From assembly GCA_964452185.1 (NCBI GenBank), contig CAYVKO010000003.1:1-51821 (forward strand): 51,821 bases of DNA. The letters run 5' to 3'. Positions within the stretch are counted from its first letter, which is position 1; every line of letters begins with the position of its first letter. Both the position numbers and the translations under genes were made by a program. Of this stretch, positions 45,638 through 51,821 are shown piece after piece. The notes beneath the pieces were generated by a model that ran no database searches, was not told the origin of the DNA, and worked only from the letters and a program-made list of their open reading frames with translations. Source of the DNA: an uncultured Candidatus Saccharibacteria bacterium. Its GTDB lineage: Bacteria > Patescibacteriota > Minisyncoccia > Phycocordibacterales > SW-6-46-9.

Positions 45638-46528
45638 TTATTCGCTCATGTCAACCTTTTTTTGTTTCTCTCGAGTTGACTCCGCTAGCCGGAGTTCGTC
45701 GCTGCGTTTTTGGTAACAGTCTTCACAGCAAAGCAGTTGCCGTGAAGGAGTTACGGAATCATCATCTACATACTGCTCAGTGTCTGCACCACAGAATTCA
45801 CACTCGCCTATTACCTCCCTGTCTTCAGCTCCTAGATCTGTAGTCATACGACCGTCAAACACATAAAGGGTGCCCTTAAAATGACCGTCTGGATACTTTT
45901 GCATGTAGCGGTGAATCCCTCCTTTTAGTTGCTTTACGTCCTTAAACCCTTTTTCTTTTAGGTATGTGGTTGCTTTCTCGCAACGAATTCCTCCGGTACA
46001 TACTGGCACTACAGTTTCATCTTTTAAATCTTTTATGTTGTTAACCTTTTCTTTAATCTCTCGAAAGTTTTTCATTCCGGGGTGTCGTGTCTTTTCAAAT
46101 TTACCAGACTTTATTTCGTAGTTGTTGCGCATGTCAATAACGGTGAAGTTTTTGTCTTTCTGAAACCATTGGTGCAAGTCGTCTGGGTCAATGCAGTCTT
46201 CTTCTTTACTGCTTGGAGTTATTGCTTCGTCCATGTAAGAAGCGACGATTTCAGGTCGTGTCTTGACGCTAAGTTTGGGAAATGCATCTCCGGTTCCTTC
46301 GCTTTTCTTGAAGTCTATATCAGCAAAGCGAGAATCTTCTTGCATTGTAGTTGTGTACTCCTCTATATTTTCGTCAGTGCCTTCTAGTGTAGCGTTGATA
46401 CCCTCATCAGCCACTATCAAGCGTCCGGTGAGGTTGAGCTTTTCACAAAGATTCTGCTGCTTGTCGCGCAGAGTTTTCGGGTCTTCTATTGAGACATATT
46501 TATAGAATAGTATGACTGTGTGATTCAT
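45638..46528 (-). CDS. trhO: Rhodanese-domain tRNA uridine(34) hydroxylase TrhO (YceA/UPF0176)
   Basis: ILFYKYVSIEDP...L.GR.IVADEGINATLEG. Rhodanese active-site loop CTGGIRCEK. C-terminal Cys cluster. Confidence 0.85.
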   Translation of the reverse strand: MNHTVILFYKYVSIEDPKTLRDKQQNLCEKLNLTGRLIVADEGINATLEGTDENIEEYTTTMQEDSRFADIDFKKSEGTGDAFPKLSVKTRPEIVASYMDEAITPSSKEEDCIDPDDLHQWFQKDKNFTVIDMRNNYEIKSGKFEKTRHPGMKNFREIKEKVNNIKDLKDETVVPVCTGGIRCEKATTYLKEKGFKDVKQLKGGIHRYMQKYPDGHFKGTLYVFDGRMTTDLGAEDREVIGECEFCGADTEQYVDDDSVTPSRQLLCCEDCYQKRSDELRLAESTREKQKKVDMSE

Positions 46529-46568
46529 ATCGTGCTCTATTATAGTGACAGCAACTTACACCTTCAAG

Positions 46569-46874
46569 CTAGTATGCTGGAGGAGCATATATGTTTACAA
46601 AGAAGAAATCATCTTCTCCTGTGTTGAAGGCCTTGTGGTCGGTGTGGGCTGGAATAATAACTGCCTCACCGGCACTGATTGCATGCCGCTTGCCGGCAAT
46701 ATCGACCTCTCCTGTGCCAGAGATGCAGTAAATCACCTGATCTCCTTCGTGATTACCGACAGCCCCGGAGTCTCCACCAGGTTCAATAGTCATTGCCGCA
46801 ACTTGACTTTTGTCGGTTGTTTCTAAAACGGAGAAAAACTCACCCTTGTGATCTTCCACCGAGAATACTGACAT
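46569..46874 (-). CDS. Cupin-domain protein
   Basis: 101 aa. G.HEGDQVIYCISG...(15)...GEAVIIPA...H..N is a two-motif cupin pattern. Confidence 0.75.
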   Translation of the reverse strand: MSVFSVEDHKGEFFSVLETTDKSQVAAMTIEPGGDSGAVGNHEGDQVIYCISGTGEVDIAGKRHAISAGEAVIIPAHTDHKAFNTGEDDFFFVNIYAPPAY

Positions 46875-46886
46875 AACAATGAGAGA

Positions 46887-47276
46887 TTAAAGAACTCCGA
46901 AACCAAACAGCGCAAGAACAACACCAAATGCTAGACCTACAATACTGGTAGCTGTAAATATGTCGTTTCGGTTTACTCGAGCTACTGCATGTACAAGAGA
47001 CACTCGAGGAAGAATTGCATACATCAAACCTTCCAAGACAAACCCCCAGCTAAGCACACTTACTACTACTCCCGGGAAGGTAGCCCAATTTTGATGTAGT
47101 AGTACTAAGAGTAAACCTATCGCAAACTCTGTAGCTCCTATCAAAAAGAATACTCCTGGACGGCGGGTCATGCGTGCAAGTACTTGATGTAGAAGTTTTC
47201 GTCGGTAAAAAAACGCAATACTCAAAACTATAAACAAGATTCCGAGATAACGAGCCAGAAATAACGTATCGATCAT
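46887..47276 (-). CDS. Hypothetical membrane protein (4 TM)
   Basis: 129 aa with four hydrophobic helices. Confidence 0.55.
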   Translation of the reverse strand: MIDTLFLARYLGILFIVLSIAFFYRRKLLHQVLARMTRRPGVFFLIGATEFAIGLLLVLLHQNWATFPGVVVSVLSWGFVLEGLMYAILPRVSLVHAVARVNRNDIFTATSIVGLAFGVVLALFGFGVL

Positions 47277-47344
47277 ATTAATGAAAAAATAGTTAAAACG
47301 TATAATGTATATACATTATACACTACCTTTATTTATTAGATTAT

Positions 47345-47379
47345 TAATAAAAATGCCTCGCTTTGGCCAGCGAGGCATT
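47345..47379 (-). terminator. Intrinsic terminator after the alpha-CTD-like gene
   Basis: 11-bp perfect stem aatgcctcgct/agcgaggcatt with a 6-nt loop. The minus strand continues TTTTTATTAATAA. Confidence 0.75.
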
Positions 47380-47389
47380 GGTGAAAAAA

Positions 47390-47947
47390 CTATTTAACTT
47401 TGACTTTTTTGATATAAGGATCGACGTCCATACCTAATTCCAGGCCGAATCTATTCAAGATTTCCCTAGACTCTTTTATGGCCGAAAGGTGGAAGTCGGA
47501 CTCTTCCAAAGAGTGTCGGCCCGCGAGATCTCCGAGTGTCATAACTCCGGCAGCTTCAAGGCTTTTTCGAGTGCTATACATAAGCTCCAAATCTTCGATT
47601 GGAGTTTGCAGAAGCTCGCTAATCTCAACCCCTGAAGCATATTTGGTTCGAACTCTTTGGAGGCAGTGCGCCACATCCTCCCTACTTTCCCTTTTGGCAA
47701 TTTCTTTTGCTTTCGGGATAGCCCACGAAATAACTTCTTTCTTTCCGGACAACCCGTCAAAACTCCAGATCCAGCCAAACTTGGTGGATAGATTAACTGT
47801 TTCCGCTAATCTGTCCATATCCATATCTTCCAGTCCATCGCGTCCAAGCAGTTTCTTCTGCTTATTGATTGTCTCGAGGATTTTTCTGGCAACACTTTCT
47901 TGCACTCCAAGGATAATTCCTTGCTCGAGTTTCTTTGTCGATTCCAT
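47390..47947 (-). CDS. Hypothetical protein with RNA polymerase alpha-CTD-like helix-hairpin-helix domain
   Basis: The C-terminal ~65 aa IEDLELMYSTRKSLEAAGVMTLGDLAG...EILNRFGLELG parallels the rpoA CTD pattern (compare this genome's own rpoA: IENLDLPTRTTNALERASIRTAGGLVG). Confidence 0.6.
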   Translation of the reverse strand: MESTKKLEQGIILGVQESVARKILETINKQKKLLGRDGLEDMDMDRLAETVNLSTKFGWIWSFDGLSGKKEVISWAIPKAKEIAKRESREDVAHCLQRVRTKYASGVEISELLQTPIEDLELMYSTRKSLEAAGVMTLGDLAGRHSLEESDFHLSAIKESREILNRFGLELGMDVDPYIKKVKVK

Positions 47948-48052
47948 ATCTTTTTTTAGTTTCTGTGAAGAAGAACGTAAAGACTACAAGTAATTGTATT
48001 CATTAGACCACTGTTGTCAATGGAGCTAATCACCAAATAAATTTTTCCTTTG

Positions 48053-48125
48053 TGGACCCGACAGGACTCGAACCTGCCACCTCGTCAGTGCAAATGACGC
48101 GCTCTACCAGATGAGCTACGGGCCC
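48053..48125 (-). tRNA. tRNA-Ala (anticodon TGC)
   Basis: Hand-folded cloverleaf: acceptor GGGCCCG/CGGGTCC with G3:U70, D arm GCTC-ATCTGGTA-GAGC, anticodon arm CGTCA-TTTGCAC-TGACG, T arm GCAGG-TTCGAGT-CCTGT, discriminator A. Confidence 0.92.
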
Positions 48126-48166
48126 AAAAGACTTCAAACCAGTAAGATTATAGCGTGAGAGTACGT

Positions 48167-49159
48167 TTATTTCAATGTACTGCTACTGGTTCGGGCTGAG
48201 GATACTATTGCCGCTAACACCTCATTCATTGTTGCTCCAACCGCCTGTGCGGAATCATGCAGAAGTGAATGACGATCAAGGCGGGGATAGGCTTTGACGT
48301 TCAGGATGTGGTTTTCTCCGGTTGTGGTTTGAAGTATGTCGACTCGCCCCACACTGCATAAGCTTCCGGCGGTAAACGTTTGTGCCGCTGCTTGTTCGAT
48401 TGCTTGGGTGTTTTCGGGAGTTGCTATAACCACTTTATTTTCTTCTTTGGTTAAATCGCTTGCATTGGCGGCAGGATGATCGTACTTAATCTCATGAACG
48501 GGAAATGTGTACGGAGTTTGATTTCGGAACCGCTCTAAAACCAGTACTGAAAAAACTCGACCAGTCTTGGCCGGAGATACATAAACTGTTGATCTCTTTG
48601 AAAATACTGATCGCAGAACGGAAACGAGTTCATCTTCTGAGCGAGCCACTATTTTATTGGCAGAGAATGAATCCGGGAGCGGCTCTATCACGACCGGATA
48701 CGTGATTTCTTTAAGAACGGCTGTATACACCGCATCATCTGCTTTCGTCCCTTCTCTGGTAAGTCGCCAGTGTGGAATGACGTCTAAATTCTGCCGGCGT
48801 AAAATGCGTCGTTTTGTATGAGTGGTTGTAACACTCTTGTGTGTTGCATGAGAGCTTCCGGTGTGTCGAGCTCCATGTTTTCTGCATAACCGCTGAAAGT
48901 GACCGGCTGTATCCCCATGAAGTGCGTTAAATACTAAAGCGTTTGACTGAAGTATTCGGTGGATAGACACCTTTTTTCCTTTATATTCGAAACTTCCAGA
49001 ACTTTGTAAATGTATATCAAAAACCTTGTTTTCTTTTCGTAGAGAGTGGTATACATTTGCTCCCGAACGCATGGAGTATTCACGATGAGGTTGTTGTGTA
49101 CCGCCTCGGACAACTACTATGCTGTCATCTGTGGTAAAAATCGCTTTCATTACTGTCAT
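48167..49159 (-). CDS. D-alanine--D-alanine ligase-like ATP-grasp protein, divergent
   Basis: IVVVRGG...HREYSMRSGANV, FNALHG, GRVDIL......HILNVKAYPRL..HSLL follow the Ddl family order. Several conserved catalytic positions appear substituted. Confidence 0.6.
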   Translation of the reverse strand: MTVMKAIFTTDDSIVVVRGGTQQPHREYSMRSGANVYHSLRKENKVFDIHLQSSGSFEYKGKKVSIHRILQSNALVFNALHGDTAGHFQRLCRKHGARHTGSSHATHKSVTTTHTKRRILRRQNLDVIPHWRLTREGTKADDAVYTAVLKEITYPVVIEPLPDSFSANKIVARSEDELVSVLRSVFSKRSTVYVSPAKTGRVFSVLVLERFRNQTPYTFPVHEIKYDHPAANASDLTKEENKVVIATPENTQAIEQAAAQTFTAGSLCSVGRVDILQTTTGENHILNVKAYPRLDRHSLLHDSAQAVGATMNEVLAAIVSSARTSSSTLK

Positions 49160-49264
49160 TATATCAAAGTTTGCTCTTCCACTCCGTGAGTTGACATAGG
49201 CGTTTTTTAGTAGTATTATCTCTCACAGACTTCGATATCTTTTCCAGTAAAATATGAGGAACTT

Positions 49265-50452
49265 ATGGGCAAACCTTTCGTTGTTTGGCTACTCGCTATA
49301 CTTCTCATCAGCATTGCAGCTTTTCCAGAAGCGACAGAAGCGCAAAAGCAGAGAGTGCAGCTTAGTCCGGACACCGCCCGGTTTCGTATTTCTGCAGAAG
49401 AGATGGAAACCGGCAGTCCGTTTGTGGACAAAGCGTTTGAGCGCAGGTTGGATTACCTGTTTGAAAACGCTATCCCAGATCGGTTTGAAACGAACCCTAA
49501 AAATCTTCACTTTATAGTGTTGGGTAAAACCAATTCCGAGAAGTGGAATGCGGCTTTAAGAGCTGACAGCCGTTGGGGAGTCTTGGATAGTTTCAACAGA
49601 GCTGCTATTCATAATGCCTCCAACGAACAAAAGAACGACTTGCTCGAACGGTTTTTGGAGATTCAGCGTGCCATGTCCGTTAAGTCCTGGATGGTAAAGC
49701 AGGGGTATGCTGAACCAGCTAGGATCCAGACCGGTATTTATGGTGCTGTGGACGAGGCGGAAAGCGGTACGGTAAGTAAGACGGTTGACATAGTTGTCAT
49801 TCGTCGCAACTCCACTTCCGCCTCTAATCTCTTGGCAGACCTTCCTGCATTCGAGGATCTTCAAGACCGGCAAGAAGATCAAGATTCTGCAATACGAGAG
49901 AACCGAGATGAGATCAACAAGAACCGAGATGCGGTTAATGAGAATAGATCAGATATTGAATCGCTCGAAAGAGAGGTAGACCAACTTGATCTACTGCTTG
50001 GCGCTCTCGGCTCTCGTAATGACTTAGGAAACCTTGTCGGAGGTCATGTAGGGCTTCGCCTTAACAACGTACGACTCTTTCATCATGTGGATGCTTCTGC
50101 ATCTTATATGACGGAACCGACAACTTCGGGAAGTATCAAGCTTCCGCAGGTTGGCATGACGGACATGCGAAGTCATGCTTTTCGTGTGGATCTTGCTTTC
50201 TTCCCTGTTCGTTACGCAGGTCTTGTTGCTGGTGTCCAAAGAACCGAAGAAGTGTTCTTGGATGTAGGGCAGAATGGATCCTCTAAAAAGGCTGGACTTG
50301 CAGGCCTTCGTCTGGAATTACCGATAGGTTGGTTTTCCATTTCGGCTGAAGGACTGTGGGCGCCTGGTGTCTATTCACGCTTCGATCAGCCTGAAGATGA
50401 GACCAGCATGAATAAGTTTCAGGTAGGTCTTCGAATAACGACTGCACTCTAG
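49265..50452 (+). CDS. Secreted protein: OmpA-C-like domain, coiled coil and beta-rich C-terminal domain
   Basis: Signal peptide VVWLLAILLISIAAFPEATEA. QRAMSVKSWMVKQGYAEPARIQTGIYG resembles the OmpA/MotB RA..V...L...G....RI...GYG segment. Includes NRD-repeat coiled coil ENRDEINKNRDAVNENRSDIESLEREV. The last ~150 aa alternate hydrophobic and polar residues. A GAGGA SD lies 4 nt upstream of the ATG. Confidence 0.55.
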   Translation: MGKPFVVWLLAILLISIAAFPEATEAQKQRVQLSPDTARFRISAEEMETGSPFVDKAFERRLDYLFENAIPDRFETNPKNLHFIVLGKTNSEKWNAALRADSRWGVLDSFNRAAIHNASNEQKNDLLERFLEIQRAMSVKSWMVKQGYAEPARIQTGIYGAVDEAESGTVSKTVDIVVIRRNSTSASNLLADLPAFEDLQDRQEDQDSAIRENRDEINKNRDAVNENRSDIESLEREVDQLDLLLGALGSRNDLGNLVGGHVGLRLNNVRLFHHVDASASYMTEPTTSGSIKLPQVGMTDMRSHAFRVDLAFFPVRYAGLVAGVQRTEEVFLDVGQNGSSKKAGLAGLRLELPIGWFSISAEGLWAPGVYSRFDQPEDETSMNKFQVGLRITTAL

Positions 50453-50491
50453 ACTCTAGCGTTTTCTTCCCTCAATCTGACTAGATTGATC

Positions 50492-51821
50492 ATGCAAAGA
50501 AAAACTGCACCACCCCTCTTAATCATCTTTCTCACATTCATTCTTGCCGCTTGCGGAGAAAACATGATGACTTCTGAGTACGATCCACCTCCGGAGGTAG
50601 TTCCGGAAAAAGTACTCCTGGAAGCTAAGGCGTACGAGGGACCGACCGGTAAGTCCATTCCGGCCACCTTGGAGCTGGGCAGTCAGATGTATCAGCTTCC
50701 TGCTGATACCATGATTGCCTCCAATGATTCCACAAAGTTCACGGCCAACGCTCACAAGGCTGGGTATTACTCGAAGACAGTGGAGGTTGGGAGAATAAAT
50801 CGTGATCTACAGCTCAACTTCGCGCTGGATAGAACTCCGGATCTTCAGAAAATCATTGATGAAATTCGGGATCTAAAGGTGTACTACCCAAAGCCTGAGT
50901 GCCGGGTGAGTCAGACGACGTTTGTCGAGACACCCGCCACCGTGAGCTTCTCGGTAACACAAGCTGTTGCCGAAAACAACAAGATCAAGGAAGCTGGAGT
51001 CATTTTGCCAAACGGTGCTCGTGAATCGTTTGGTGATGACGGTGAGGTAACATACACCCTCAAAGAGGATGGAGAGAGGCAGTTCAGCTGTTATGCGCAG
51101 TCTGAAGACGTTGAAGAGTCTTATCCAATCACTGTTTCTGTGAACGAATCTCTGGAGATTATTAGAGAGAACACAGAAACCTTGATCGAGAATGACTCTG
51201 TTCTGATTGAAAGAACGGAAAAGATCCTCAACCGTCAGATTGCTCCGGTGCCGGTCATCACCGTACTCTCGAAAGATGAAGATGGTGACCCAACCAGCAC
51301 CTTCTATAAAGAAGGTGCGACCTGGAAGCTCTCAGCCCGAAACTCCTTTACCAAGGATGATGCAGGCATCGAGAAGTTCCGCTGGTCAGTCAATGGGGAT
51401 ATTAGATCCGGAAAAGAGATTGAGATTCCCATTCGGCAAAAACTCACGACTGTGCACTTGACGGCAGTCGGGGAAAACGGACTCACCGAAACAATTTCGC
51501 AGTCTGCTGTTTTGCAGCAGGACTCGACGCGCAAGATTGTCGAGGAGGTTGTAGAGGGGGTGATAGACACTACCCGTGTCTATCCCCTCCCTATTGCTGA
51601 TCTGCATGTGAAAAAACCTGTGGCCAAGATAGGCAAGTCCGTGCCGTATGAAGGAGTCTGTAAATCCCTTGCGGAAGAGCATGGGGTTTACATTGAAGGT
51701 TGCCGGCTTTGGATAACAGGCCATGGCAGTACCTCGACCTCAGGGTCTGTATCCTTTGATACCCCCGGGGTTAAGACCTTCAGGCTTACAGCCGTTGACA
51801 CAAAAGGTCAGCGGTCGATAA
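50492..51821 (+). CDS. Lipoprotein with Ig/PKD-like repeats (partial; runs off the window)
   Basis: An open frame from ATG 50492 to the window end is absent from the ORF track because it has no stop. Lipobox LTFILAAC|G. Repeated beta-sandwich-like segments (VHLTAVGENGLTE, TFRLTAVDTKGQ). Confidence 0.6.
   Translation, partial: MQRKTAPPLLIIFLTFILAACGENMMTSEYDPPPEVVPEKVLLEAKAYEGPTGKSIPATLELGSQMYQLPADTMIASNDSTKFTANAHKAGYYSKTVEVGRINRDLQLNFALDRTPDLQKIIDEIRDLKVYYPKPECRVSQTTFVETPATVSFSVTQAVAENNKIKEAGVILPNGARESFGDDGEVTYTLKEDGERQFSCYAQSEDVEESYPITVSVNESLEIIRENTETLIENDSVLIERTEKILNRQIAPVPVITVLSKDEDGDPTSTFYKEGATWKLSARNSFTKDDAGIEKFRWSVNGDIRSGKEIEIPIRQKLTTVHLTAVGENGLTETISQSAVLQQDSTRKIVEEVVEGVIDTTRVYPLPIADLHVKKPVAKIGKSVPYEGVCKSLAEEHGVYIEGCRLWITGHGSTSTSGSVSFDTPGVKTFRLTAVDTKGQRSI

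Noticed and set aside
47478-47993. 171-aa plus-strand ORF overlapping 47390..47947
   Set aside because: It is Ser-rich low complexity. The minus-strand ORF has an alpha-CTD-like motif, an ATG start and a strong downstream terminator in its orientation.
44724-48125. Possible genomic island or prophage bracketed by the two tRNA-Ala genes
   Set aside because: There is no integrase, recombinase, or phage or conjugation gene. The two tRNAs are different isoacceptors rather than att repeats. The content is small membrane proteins, trhO, a cupin and an alpha-CTD-like protein. Only the 171-bp scar at 44551-44741 looks integrase-related.
49216-49431. 71-aa minus-strand ORF, with other short ORFs overlapping 49254-49517
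   Set aside because: It overlaps the signal-peptide region of the 49265..50452 gene, which has an SD, a signal peptide and domain-like content. The short ORF has no supporting features.

Overview
Dense chromosomal segment of about 60 protein genes, roughly 90% coding and mostly on the minus strand. It looks like a small-genome bacterium using the standard genetic code. Reduced domain architectures, acidic low-complexity tails and near-absent Shine-Dalgarno sequences suggest a CPR/Patescibacteria-like lineage; this is inference only. The core is housekeeping. It includes the alpha ribosomal operon (infA-rpmJ-rpsM-rpsK-rpsD-rpoA-rplQ), followed directly by rplM-rpsI and grpE-dnaK-dnaJ. Other core genes are alaS, thrS, dnaE, rnhB, rnc, rnr, smc, trmD, mnmA, rpsP, khpA, rpmF, nusB, two peptidases and several DNA-repair genes. 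There are two tRNA-Ala genes (GGC and TGC), one aberrant tRNA-like element, and a decayed copy of a tRNA 3' end. I saw no rRNA, CRISPR array, transposase or integrase. The best candidate for an undescribed system is the left-hand co-directional cluster (116-6174). It encodes a PlsC-type O-acyltransferase, a SAM methyltransferase, a FeeM/OlsB-like N-acyltransferase, a ~9-TM histidine kinase and an MMPL-type exporter split by one in-frame TAA. Part of it has low GC. It reads as an aminolipid synthesis, sensing and export module. Other items worth a second look: a degenerate actin-fold protein paired with a large bitopic membrane protein upstream of infA; an ATP-cone/Mrr-like nuclease next to a Cas4-like nuclease; an SMC with no hinge domain; a NusB-Nudix fusion; a Ddl-like protein with substituted catalytic residues; an OmpA-like/lipoprotein envelope pair at the right edge; and a recurring extended -10 promoter 6-12 nt upstream of start codons, which implies leaderless mRNAs.
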